Numbered from the stretch's first letter, positions 13,301-25,709 are shown. The stretch: DNA of 64,000 nucleotides from Chiloscyllium plagiosum (GCF_004010195.1 NC_057718.1:59445622-59509621); one strand, 5' to 3'. The notes: a model not told the origin generated them from the letters alone. Numbers and translations: made by a program.

Positions 13301-15368
13301 CATAGTTATAATTGCTGGTGGTGGAGACAGGTGTTCACATTATAGAACTCTGAGTTAATGTTTGATTAAGCACTAACTTAAGCAAGTTGCTTCACCAGAA
13401 CGAGGGGTTAATTGTGCAGCAAATGCTGAATGAGACAAAATATGCTGGTGACAGGATCTTAAAGTGAAGGGATGCAATATTGTCTTCCTTACAGTGCAAT
13501 ATTTTGTTGCACTGATCAGGAGTGTGAGTATTAGAACCTTGGCAGACATTGCAAGTACATCCCCACCTGCGTGGTATGGTAGACAGTTAGTGAGGATTCC
13601 TCAAGGTAGTCAAAAGCGATCGGACTGTGACCTGCTCTTGGGGCCTACAATTTATTTTCTTTTAAAGCACAGCCTCCTGACGGTCTATAGAGCTGATTGA
13701 AACACTATACTTGCATATTCATTCCTGTGTAAATTGGGAGTCATTTGCTGGGATGTTTGGAAATTATTGTGAATCTTTTCTTATGCTACTTGTGGCTAAA
13801 AGTTGCAGCCACAGACCTGACCTACTTGACAGGATTGCTTATCAGCTCTATTTGTGTGGCCCTTCCTCCCAGGAAGCTGTAGCTCCCTAATACATCTCAG
13901 GCTACTTCACAATCTCTACTGGATGGACATGTCTTGAGTGGTCCAAATGTTGGAAGCGCTGTTTGTACCTTCCCAAGAGTATTTTCACTATTTATTCTTT
14001 TATGGGATGTTTGTGTTGCTGGCAAAGCCAGTATTTGCTGCCCATCTATAATCCTACAAATAGCAATTTGACTCTCTCCTGCTGTATTTCAATGAATAAA
14101 GTGCTTGAGTAAAATGCAGTGTAATGGGATGAAGCATACAGAATGACAATGATGCTGTCAGTGTCACATGATCAGGTCGAGCAGGTAAGGGGAGCAGAAG
14201 CTCTGATCTCATGTCAGATAATGTGTGCGTATAGATCAAATTGTAATTGCAGATTTCTTGCAGAAAATTCCATGGATTCCTGTAACATTGCTTTGAGAGA
14301 CTAAACAGAATTGAATCCCAAAAACACAACAAATCAGGAAGTTTGTAGTCTTGTTGAAACTGGGCAGTTCTTTTATACCTTTGTACCATGCTATTTTCTT
14401 TGACATCCTTTGACAGATATATAAGTGAAAGACATTCTTGAACAGTGGCACTAAAACTCTGATGAGGCATCTAGGCAAAGCTAACAGAATGAGTGAGAAC
14501 ATTATCACTTACTTGCTGCTGTCCGGGTCTGTGGCTGCAATTTTCAGCCAGACGGCTATAATAAAAGCTGCGCTGTAATTTCCAAACATCTCAACAGATC
14601 ACTCCCAATTTACATGGGATTTGCACCAATAAATCCTCTAATGGATATGCAAATACAGTTTTCTAATCAACTCGACAGACCGTCAGGAGGCACAAATAAT
14701 TTTGCTTTGCAAAACTGTGTCCAAACTCATCACAGAAATTCAGGCCAGGTAAGTACTAATTTTATCCTGAGGAGCTTTTCACTGCAAGAAACATTAAAGA
14801 TCTGCAAGCTAAATAGAAATTAAAGTGCTCATCACAATGTCGATAGCACAGAATAACTCAACATCCTTTGTTATTACTTTATTTTGCTCACAGTTTATGG
14901 CAAGGTGGAAAAGGCTGGTACAGCGAAGAACGAGGGCGCTGCACGTTGGGAGCGATGGGGCTGTGCCATGATCTTGGGGCTTCTTTCAAAGCACAACCAC
15001 AGTGAAGTAGTTGCAGGAAGTGCCTGTTGTTGAAAATATATGAACTTTGATCCACTCAATGTGACTGTCCATCCGTTTCATCCCTCCTCCCTTACCCTGG
15101 ATGGGCACAACTTAGGGGTCCAAATGTTGGAATATCTTTTTGTACTTCTACTGGTGTATTTGTATTGCTTATTCTTTCATGGATGTGGATGTTGCTGTCA
15201 AGGCTAGCATTTGTTGCCCATTCCTCATGACCCCTGAGGTGATTGCTAGATCACCTCAGAGGGCAGTTGAGAGACAATCACAACCACTTGTACTACATTA
15301 AGACTGGTACATTATTGCTTTATTTCTTTGTGGGTGTTCTTTATGAGTATGCAAAACCAGGACTGGAA

Positions 15369-15562
15369 GGCATGATTTGGAGATGCTGGTGTTGGACTGG
15401 GGTGTACAAATTTAAACATCACACAATACCAGGTTATAATCCAATAGGTTTATTTGGAAGCATGAGCTTTCAGAGCGCTGCTCCTTCACCTGATGATCCG
15501 AAAGCTAGTGCAACCAAATAAACCTGTTAGACTATAACCTGGTGTTGTGTGATTTTTAACTT
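15369..15562. mobile_element. PLE family A fold-back mini-element, 10-bp TSD
   Basis: aggactggaa at 15359-15368 and 15563-15572; inverted arms meet near 15490. Confidence 0.85.
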
Positions 15563-16079
15563 AGGACTGGAATGGATAGCCTGAACTAAAATCCATCCAT
15601 TAATTTAGTTTCACATGTCCTTATTACACAGGAGATGGCTACCAAATAAAAATATCTTAAATGCTTTAGGAATACTAGAGTCACATGTGGAAACGTGATG
15701 GCCAAATGAATTTCATTGATGGTGCCCCACACTCTTGGAATCCTGGGGGTAAAAGAAACATGTGAGTTCTCCAACTGCTGGTTCCTTTTTGATGAGGAAT
15801 TGTATAAGTATTTCCCCTGGAAAACATGGCACCTGTGACGAGCTTTGTTAATCAATTTATGACAGTCTGACTGGTTTACTTGATGTTCCATATGAAACTA
15901 ACTTATAGCATAAAAGGTTAACTTCACCAAGCACTTGTAGCTGCAGTCATTGGTGTGCCCTGCAGTAAATAGCACAGAACATAACTATGCCATGTAAATA
16001 GCTCAGAACTATGTCATAACAGAGCCTGGGATTTGGGGATGGCTAAAAGGTATTTAACAAGGTGTTCAGGCTCTAACAA

Positions 16080-17400
16080 TCTTGAATTCAATATTGAGTC
16101 TTAGAGGCTGCATTATCCCAAGCAGAAATGAGATATTTACGCTGAGCTTCACTGGAACACTGCAGCAAACCCGAGACTAGATTAGATCCCCTAGAGTGTG
16201 GAAACAGGCCTTTTGGCCCCAAGTGTCCACACCAACCCTCCGAAGAGTAACCCACCCAGACCCATTCCACTCCATTTACCGCTACTTAATGCACCTAACA
16301 CTATGGGCAATTTAGCATGGCAAATTCACCCAACTCACACATTTTGTAGGAAGAAATAAGAGGACCCAGAAGAAACCCAAGCAGACACACAGAACGTGCA
16401 AACTCCACACAGACAGTCACCCAAGGGGGGAAATCGAAACCAGGTCCCTGGTGCTGTGAGGCAGCAGTGCTAACCACTGAGCCACTGTGCTGCCCCCACA
16501 AAGGGTTGGCTCAAGAGATGACTTTCAACAGATTGCAGCGAGGTAGCTGCTCTGCTACTTATGAAACCCTGAGCCAGAATCAGTTTGTCCTCGAATGATT
16601 TTGAGATAGGATGAGACAGAAATGTTGGCCAGAGAACACTGTGGTGTGTTGAAATGGCAGGCAACTGGAAACTCAGGGTCATCTTTGCAGACAGAATGTA
16701 GGTATTCTGCAAAGCAGTCACCCAGCCTGTGTTTCATCTCCCCAGTGTAGAGGAGGCTACATTGTGAGCAGCGAATACAGTAGACTAGATTGAATGAAGT
16801 ATAGGCAAATCATTGCTTCAACTGGAAGGAGTATCTATGGCCTTGGATAGTGAGGAAGGAGGAGGTGAATGGTAAAGGAGGAAGTATTACACCTTCTGTG
16901 ATTGCATTGGAGGGTGATGCAGGGTGATGTAGTGAATGGAGGCAGAGTGGACCGAGATGCCTTGGAGAGAATGGTCCCTACAGAATGCTGACAAGGGAGG
17001 AGAGGAGAATATGTGTCTGATGGTGGCATCTCGCTGGAGTGGCAGAAATTGTGGTATATGGAAACTGCAGAATACCAACAATGTTCTGCTGCATGTTCCT
17101 CCTTGGAATATTACCATCCAGCCCATTGTCTGCCTAACTGTTATTCTCTCTGGGCTACTAGTTCCCCATTACCCACTTTTCTTTCTCCATGGCATATTAA
17201 CATCCATCCCTTTGTTTTCCTAACCCTGTTGTTCTTTCTCTGGGCTCCATGTCCACCTATATCTCACTCCTTTCCTCCCCAACTCCCCTGCCTTTAGCTT
17301 ACATATCATTTTTTCCGAAGAAGAGCAACTCAACTTGAAATGTCAACTCTGCTTTCTGATGTTGGACTTTCTTGAGCAATTTCTGCTTCTTCTTGCAGTA
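16080..17400 (-). mobile_element. Decayed PLE: GIY-YIG endonuclease on minus strand plus inverted terminal repeat
   Basis: Minus strand NLVYCIRCSQCSLLYTGEMKHRLGDCFAEYL...PVACHFN (16800-16640); plus-oriented pyrimidine-rich trailer and degenerate hammerhead near 17315-17345; interrupted by HE1. Confidence 0.85.
16178..16497 (-). mobile_element. HE1-type V-SINE
   Basis: tRNA head (ggggcagcacagtggctcagtggttagcactgctgcctcacagc), V core, CR1-like tail ending ggatctaatcta. Confidence 0.92.
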
Positions 17401-17721
17401 ATTGGAATTAAATAATTGGGAAGCAATGAAAAAATGTATGGTGGTTTCCCACAAGATTGGAATTCTTGGAGGAAGCCACTCTTAAGATACACACTTGTCT
17501 CAAGATCGAAATGCAGAAGTTAGATAAGGTTTCAGAGCAGTGATTAGTCAAATGGTTACTCCTGCAAACAGCTTTAAGTGTTTGGACATACTTCATTAGA
17601 AATTATACCTGAGATTCATAGGGAAAATTGATAATGTCTGTGATTAATGTTTCACGGAACTTGTTTATGCTAACGAATATCCTGTTATATTTAACCTTGA
17701 TACAAACCAGGTATGCATCAG

Positions 17722-17897
17722 GTAGGTGAAAACAATGACTGCAGAATCTGGAAACCAGATTCTGGATTAGTGGTGCTGGAAGAGCACAGCAGTTCAGGCA
17801 GCATCCGAGGAGCACTAAAATCAACATTTCGGGCAAAAGACCTTCATCAGGAATACAGGCAGAGAGCCTGAAGGGTGGAGAGATAAGTGAGAGGCTT
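17722..17897 (-). mobile_element. PLE terminal repeat mini-insertion, 14-bp TSD
   Basis: caggtatgcatcag at 17708-17721 and 17898-17911; hammerhead CTGATGA-AGGTCTTTTGCCC-GAAA at about 17823-17850. Confidence 0.85.
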
Positions 17898-18090
17898 CAG
17901 GTATGCATCAGACCAGTTACCATAGCTGATGAAGCAAAAGCCATAACCTGCCGATATGAGATCATGTGGTATGGATGGAATAACTCAATAACGTGGGTAC
18001 ATTACAAGCTACACTGCTGAAGGCTGTTGAAAGAGCTGAAGACTGTTGAAAACATTTATGTAGTTTGGAATCAGCACTCCAAAAATTTGA

Positions 18091-19262
18091 AAATTACACA
18101 ACACCAGGTTATAGTCCAACAGGTTTAATTGGAAGCACACTAGCTTTCGGAGCGATGCTCCTTCATCAGGTGATTGTGGAGGGCTCGATCGTAACACAGA
18201 ATTTATAGCAAAAATTTGCAATGTGATGTAACTGAAATTATACACTGAAAAATCACCTGATGAGCCTTTCATCTGTTAGAATACCGTGATAGTTTCACTT
18301 CTTTCATGTGTAAATCACCAAACCTTTTTTTAAAAAGGTTGCATTCTCGGGTTAGCTGTTAACAATGGTGATAGCTAGACAATATGTTGAAGGTGTTGGC
18401 CCCCCTGTGTTCTCTGTCTATGACCTGATGTTTAGATTGATTCTAATCTAAAAAGTGAGATAACAGAGTTTTACATAAATTCATGCAGTTTTTGAGCTCA
18501 GAGTTCTACATGAATGTATGCAGTTTTTGAGCAAAGTGCAATGTAACTCTGCAAGAACAAATTCACCCCACAAAATGTGTGTGTGCACGTGGGTCTTTGT
18601 CTGTGTGTGTGTGTCTGTCTGGGGTGGGGGTTGTGAGTGTGAGAAAGTGTGTGTGTGTGTGTAGTGAATGCAGAGTGTCTTAAGTCTGTGAGGGGATGCA
18701 TGTGTGCATGTGGGAGTGTGTGTGTCTATAAGGGTGTCTGTGTGCGCGTCTGTGCGTACCTGTGTCCGTGTGTGTGTTTGTGTATGTAGGAATATCTGTG
18801 TGTGTGTAGTGCAATGGTGATCACCTGTAATGTGACATGAATCCAAGTCCCGGTTGAGGCCCTCCCTATGGGTACCGAACTTAGCTATCAGCCTCTGCTC
18901 GGCCACTTTTCTCTGCTACCTGTCCCGAAGTCCACCTTGGAGGATGGTCACCCGAAGGTCCGAGGCTGAATGTCCTGGACCACTGAAGTGTTCCTCAACT
19001 GGGAGGGAACCCTCCTGTCTGTTGATTGTTGCGGTGCCCATTCATCCGTTGTTGTAGCCTTTGTTCGGTTTCCCCAATGTACCATGCCTCCGGGCATCCT
19101 TGCCTGCAACGTATAAGATAGACAACGTTGGCTGAGTCACGTGAGTACCTGCCATGTTCAAGGTGGGAGGTGTTCCCACGCGTAATAGTGGTATCTATGT
19201 CCACAATCTGACACGTCTTGCATCGTCCACCGTGACAGGGATGTATGGAATTGTCCTGAGAG
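18091..19262 (-). mobile_element. PLE 3' part: Cys-rich linker, GIY-YIG endonuclease, (CA)n trailer, terminal repeat
   Basis: Minus strand PCHGGRCKTC...SANVVYLIRCRQGCPEAWYIGETEQRLQQRMNGHR...AEQRLIAKFGTHREGLNRD; TG-rich tract 18575-18810; terminal repeat 18091-18180. Confidence 0.93.
18141..18169 (-). ncRNA. Minimal type I hammerhead ribozyme motif, intact core
   Basis: CUGAUGA-A-GGAGC(AUC)GCUCC-GAA-AGCU-A; flanks CAC/GUG can form a short stem I. Confidence 0.75.
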
Positions 19263-19659
19263 CCGGGAACAAGGCCTACAAAGGACCATATCCTCTGTAA
19301 AGATATAAAAGATCACCTCACCATGAAATAATCCACAAATTAGATCCAAGGTCAAACATTCTCAAATGAAAGATGTAGCACACTTTCATATCTGAAGCGA
19401 GTGCATTCTGTCCAGATGGCCTAAATTTGTGAAATCAGAGACTAGCAGCAAAATGGGGGAGTGGTAAAGGTAAAATATTTATATGCATGTTTGTCTGTTG
19501 TGTTAATTTTGGGAGTATGTCATATAAAAAAAATTATTCTGAAAGATTTAATGTTCAGGCAACATTAAGCTCCACTCATTCTTTTGCTCATGGACACCTT
19601 GTGGGTAGGGGGAAGAGTGTTTTACACACACAGGATGTTCTACACAACATCTGTTCCTA

Positions 19660-22100
19660 CCTAGAAGGACAAAGTGACATTGACATTTGGGACAGCCAAC
19701 AGTGGTTCATTGATCAAAATTGATTTTAATCTCTCAAAAGATTCTTTGCACTCCCTAGCACTTCTTTCACAGCAGATCTGTCAATGGAACAGCTATACTG
19801 CTGAGACTCAGAACAAACTTGTAGAAACTGCACATTTCCAAGACCTCAATATTTCTGGTTTGGTCTTAGGGACAATGAACTCCACCAGTGCTTGTACTTT
19901 TGTTGTTGTTAGCAACACTTGCCTTTACCCTACAGTCTGCCCTTGGTCAGTTCCTCACTTTTGTGCAGACTCACCTTTGGCAATGTTTGTCACCAAATCA
20001 GTCCACTGTAATGATCTAAACATAGTCTCTAGTTGTTCCAGAGCCTCCTTCCAAGCATCACTGGATATCAACACATCAAGGTTAACCACACAGTCAGGAA
20101 CACTAGCTACTACATGGTTCATCAGTATCTGGAAAGTTGCCAGTGTATTTCCTTTTAGCCCAATTGTTATCACTCAGTATTGGAAAAGACTCTCTGATGG
20201 GACAAATGCTATTATTTTTCTAGCTTCAAATGTTAATATCTTTTTAACAAATCTCTTATGGTAAGAAATGTGGCAGTGCCAACTCTATCAATACAATCTT
20301 CCAAACAAGGAGTTCTATAGGAATCTACATTTGTTACTGTATACACCTTTCTGTAGTCTATGTAGAATCTGATTGAAGGCTTAAGCATTAATATGATTGT
20401 GAAACTCCAGCTGTTTTGATTAGATGGTTATACTGTTTTACAGAAGATTTTCCTACATCCACTTCATGTATGGCTCTTTGGTTTATCTTGACATACTCCT
20501 TATTGTGGCGATCATGTTAAGGTTACTCACTGTCCTCCATCTGAATATGATAGGATGGTATTCACCTTTCCTAAGAGTTCTGTGTTAGTTAACAAGATTA
20601 TAGGAAGTTCAAGTTGGGAATTATTTCGGCTTCCTTCTGCCTCATCATCTGTATCCCTCTAAACAGTGACATTGCTTTCTGTCACAGTTGATTCTTTTTC
20701 TGGAGTGTCATCTAAATAATTTTACTTTGCTAAACCTTTTGACCACTCTATATGAATCTTTTACTTGCACCCTACCAAGGCAGTGATACAAATACATCAA
20801 CACCTGGTTGAAATGTACAGTTCTCGTCATGCTTGTGCACCCATTTCTTCATAGTTGTTCATGAAGCTTTAAAGGGTTCCAGAGTAACTTGTCTGCCTCT
20901 TGACGAGCTACTCCCAGAACATGGATTTGTAATCCAACATGGAAGATTCATCTGAAGACGTCTTACTGGACATGAAATATTAACTCTCTGTTTCTCTCTC
21001 CACGATGCTGTCATATCTGATTTTCACCAGTATTTTTGGTTTTTGTTTAAATTTCAGATTTCCAGTATTCACAACACTTTGCTTTCTTTATTAAAGAAAG
21101 TTTGTTGCTCTGTTCCCAATACTTGCCTTTAACTAACTTCAAGGGCCTCTTACAATATGTCCATAAATTAATTCAAAAGGACTGAAACTGCTGGACTCAT
21201 TCAGTATGCCCTGAGTGGCAAACAAAAAGAATTTGGGGATATTCATGATAGTTTGCCCTGATCATCGTTTAGAGGGTTTGATTATATCATTCTAAAGACC
21301 CTTGGATTTGTGAATGGTATGCTGAGATTTTTAATTATGTTACACCCAGATATGACTTCCTGCAAAATTTTAGACATAAAATTGGAACCTTGATCTAACT
21401 GGATCTCAATCAGTAATTCATACTCAGTTAAGTTTCCTACCTTCCCTACCTTGGCAGAAATTGTTCTCAAGGGATTGATCTTTGGGAAGACAAGTAGCCA
21501 CAAAAGTGAGGAAATACTGGTGTCCCACATCTTGAGATGCAATGATCCCACATGGTCTACCAAAAACGTACCAAATGGATCCTCAAAAATAGTATGGGAA
21601 CTGGAGGTGTCAGTTTGTTTGCAGGTTACAGCTTTCGCACAACTTGGCATGTATGGTACATTTTACAAAACCATAACATATCCTTGTGAAGACCAGGCCA
21701 GTAAAACCTTTGACTTACACATGCTTGATTCTTTCAGATCCTACCTTCTGCTGTAGGTATTTCATGGTCTATCCTTAATCTCTCCTGATGATGGTTTGGG
21801 CAGCACACTATCTGGTAAGTCACCATCCACTCTTCATCTGTAAGCCTGTGAGCAGATCTCCACTTCATCAGACTCACATTTAAATATAGTGGCCTTCTGG
21901 AATTCCCCCTTCAATTTCAGCTCTATTACATGCACAAACTGGGTCACATGACCTCTCTCTGAAAGTATTGTAGACTTAGGGATACCTGTTGAGCATCTTG
22001 TGTTCTTTGCAACTGCAACATTTTCCCTGCATCAACTAGTCTCCTTTGTTTTGTGAAGGATTCTTTCCAGACAGTCCAAGACACATCAATATGTCCAATC
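19660..22100 (-). mobile_element. Decayed Gmr1-like Gypsy pol (integrase upstream of RT)
   Basis: Integrase FEDPFGTFLVDHVGSL..EIQLDQGSNFMSKILQEV (21650-21282), then RT IRFYIDYRKV..PCLEDCIDRVG (~20370-20270), ATFQILMNHVV (20173-19955) and CKESFERLKSILINEPLLAVPN (~19750-19685). Confidence 0.85.
20950..21090 (+). mobile_element. Old PLE terminal repeat inserted in the Gypsy remnant
   Basis: ctgaagacgtcttactggacatgaaatattaactctctg...ttcagatttccagtattc; related to 4493-4645. Confidence 0.6.
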
Positions 22101-22864
22101 AATTAATCAATATTCCAGATAAGACATCTTAGTCATGCAAGAAACTCTGGATTCATTTCTCATTCCTTTCCTTCTTGGACGAATGAGTCTATCCTTTACT
22201 CAAATTCTTAATTACTACTCAGGGTGACCTGTTTAATCGGCCTACTAACTCTCATCTTCGCACCCCATTTAGACAAATATTCTCAAGCAAGATCTACAAA
22301 AGGTTAATTTCTTTTGACAAGACTCATCTGCTGAATGCAGATTTTGATCTTCCACAGCAAGAATTGTACTCCTTATACAAGTCAAGATAAACCATGGCCT
22401 CCACCACTTTGCCCACAGTGAAAACCCCCTATGTACTTGCAGAGAGATATAAATGTTGCTACATACAGGTTTAGAACATCCTCTACAGATTCAGTAGTAC
22501 ATCTATCATCTTAAACTAAACAACTAAATAAGCCGAGGGGCCCATTCCTATGCTGTACTGTTCTATGTAAAGAGGCTATTGCTTGGTTCTGAAGATCTGC
22601 ATTTACAATGGCCAGATTCCATTAATAAGGATCATGCTTTGGATGAAGCTCAATCCACATCCAGTTATTTGGTATAGGACCTGCACTGAATGATTTCCTT
22701 ATGTAACTTTTGGTTTCATATACCTTCCATATGCTTTTGATATGGAGGATCACCCATTAAGAAAGTCAAATGCAGAAGGTTTTGTCAAATTGTATAATTG
22801 GAGTCATAGCATTAATTGATCTAGCCATAAATATTGCACTATGACTGATGAATTTGACTTAAAA

Positions 22865-23123
22865 ATAAAACAAAGAACTGTGGATGTTGATCTGAAACAA
22901 ACAAAGGCTAGAATTGCTGGAGAAACTCAATTGGTCTGGCAGTGCCTGTGAAGAAAGGAACAGCATTAGCGTTGAGTCCGTGACCCTTCTCTGGAACTGA
23001 TAGTCCCTAGGAAAAGGGGATATTTAAACTGATGACAGGATGGTGATGGAGGGTTGGTGGAGGAGTGAATGGATAGTTGGAGAAGAAACCCACAGAATGT
23101 GTGTGTGAGAGTGTGAGTGTTGT

Positions 23124-23158
<35 letters not shown>

Positions 23159-24100
23159 AAGTGGACAGACAAAGGGGTTGTTGACAGCAAGCTAGGGAAG
23201 AAGAAAAGCTGCACTGAAAGCAACTCATTTCACAATCGGGCCTGAATGTTGGGCTGGGTATTCATCATGAAAGGAGGCGATCAGATCCTAAAATGGTTAA
23301 ACTCGATATTGAATCCTGAAGATTGGAAGATCCCAAGCGGAAGACTGTTATCCCAGCCTGCATTGAGCTTTGCTGGAGCACTGCAGCACATCTGAGACAG
23401 AAATTGTGGACAGGGAACAAAGATAGTGTATTGAAGTGGCAGATGATTGGAAGCTCAGGGTCCTTATTACAGACAGAGCGTAGGTGTTCTGCAAAGCTGT
23501 CCCTCAGTCTATGTTACATCTTCTCAGTGTAGAGGAGACCACATTGTGAGCAGCAAACACAGTAGACTAGATTGAGTGAGTGCACATAAATTACTACTTA
23601 ATCTGAATGAAGAATCTGGACTCTTGGATAGTGGGGAGATAGGAAGTAAACAGGCAAATCTTACACCTTCTGCAATTGCAGAGGAAGGTGCTCTGGGGAG
23701 GTTTAGGAGTAGAGGAGTAGTGGACTAAGGTGTCCTGCAGGGAACAGTCCCTGCAGAATGCTGACAAGGAAGGGAAGGGGAATATATGTCTGGTGATGGT
23801 ATCCCATTGGAGGTGGATGAAATGGCAGCTTATGATTCCTTGGATATGGAGACTGGTGAGATAGAAATTGAGGACCAGAGGGACCCTATCATTGTTGATT
23901 TCATGTATCCCATGTCTATTATCACTCCATCCCAGGTCCTGTCATGAAATAGGTTGCTTTCAGCACAGCATAAATGCTACCTTTTCCTAGCTGCTATCAC
24001 TTCTGATGAAGGGTCATTAGACTCAAAACATTAATGCTGTTTTTTCTTCACAGATGCTGCCAGACTAGCTGAGTTTCTCCAGCAATTTCTGTTTTTATCT
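22865..24100 (-). mobile_element. Decayed PLE with GIY-YIG remnant bounded by inverted terminal repeats
   Basis: Minus NLVYCVCCSQCGLLYTEKM*HRLRDSFAEHL (~23575-23480); terminal repeat 22865-23010 is inverted relative to 23960-24100; degenerate hammerhead 24003-24032. Confidence 0.85.
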
Positions 24101-25709
24101 GTGAAATTGGCAAATGTTTTTACCATTCTTTCAGGCAAAATTAAAATAACCTATTTGTATCAATGCAAAATTGAATAAAATCGAGATATTACATTAGAAG
24201 ATAAATGGGTTGTCTTCCTCAGAGCACACTGTAAATGGGCAATTTGTAAAAGATTAACAACCCCTTAAGTAAAGACCTAAGAGAGGAGTTGTATGCTGTT
24301 TTAAATTCCTGAGCTTCAGTCCCATTTGAACGACAGGCTGTCTTTCCAACCGCCTCAATATCCTTATAACTCTCCCAAACACAAATGTTTTTGCCAAGTC
24401 TGTGCTAAAATCTATTTAAAGTATGGATATATCTTTTTGGTCTCATTCACCTATAAGGTGTGGTCTACAGAATCTAATATGTCATATGTCTTGTCACAAG
24501 TAATTAAGGCCTCCAAATGTTCCCTTCTTTGTGGGATTAATGATCACGCTGCATTGTGCTTGAAATTCAAATAAAATCATATTTCCAACACAAAAATGTA
24601 TTTATTTTAACACAAACAAATATTATCATTCCACTTTGTTGCCACAGCTCTCTATCCCACACTAGTCTCCAGCGCAGAAGGTGAGCAAATAGCTTATATT
24701 CCAGCCAATTTAGAAAATGCCGTCTGCTTTGTCAGGCCCCTTCTTCTCTAAGTATTCCTCCAACTCAATGGAATCAGCAATAAAACCACCTATAATAATA
24801 AGCAGACAACAAATTGCGTCATGACCAAACTAAAGTGCAAAAGAAGCAATGCAGAGACTAGAATCATTCCTGGAAAACACGCAAAAGCTCCTATTATCTA
24901 TTTACTTGTGATTGAACAGCCCTTTAAACACCATCTCAGTCGTGATCAAATGCATCTTTTTTTAATTGGAGGGGGTGTCAGATACTGGGCAAGGCTCCTG
25001 AGGTTTCAGCTAAAATGACATTGTGGTCTAAGTGTCTTACACGACTCAGATTTTAAAGTACCCACGATGTCCCTGCCAGTCTGGGACAGGAATCTGTTCC
25101 AAATTTTAAAACTGCTCAGTTCAGCTGGTAACAGGAAACAGTGCATTGTGAGCAGGAACCTTCCTGTCAGAAGGGCTTTGTTAAAATCGAAGCTCAAAAA
25201 ATTCAAGAGTGTTGTTCAGGAAACTCAGGAATACAAACTAGTTCATTTTACCTTTCTAGGAATCTTTGAGGTCAGAATATCTATTTATTGTACCATATGT
25301 TATGTCACAGAATTTCTTTAATATGTTTTAGTATAAAGCCTTTCAGGACCTTTCAAGATCCATTTGATAGGAGAGAAGAGAAAGCTGGAGAAAATAAAAA
25401 GGTATTTTAATAAAAGCAACGATTTAGATAACACAGTTTAAAAATTAACTTGTCAGACACTGGGATTGAATCAACATTCTATTTTGTTCTACGTTATTCT
25501 AAATCAAAACGTTCATCAGAGTGGGTCTAAGCTGTGCTATAGGTCCAGTGCAAGTAAACATTTTAACATGTCACCACATGTGATCATGCAAGACATGGCA
25601 TGGATATCAGATACAATATGATACAGATGATTACAAATTCAACTTGTTTCAGCAAGACTTGTGTATGGAAAGTCTGACATTAAAGCTGGTATCGTTTTGC
25701 TATCTCTGA

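Noticed and set aside
18481..18906. 141-aa His/Thr-rich ORF
   Set aside because: Only the first ~20 residues are the PLE endonuclease end; the rest is translation of a CA microsatellite.
19674..20264. Longest ORF in the window (196 aa, + strand)
   Set aside because: Antisense shadow of the decayed Gypsy RT.
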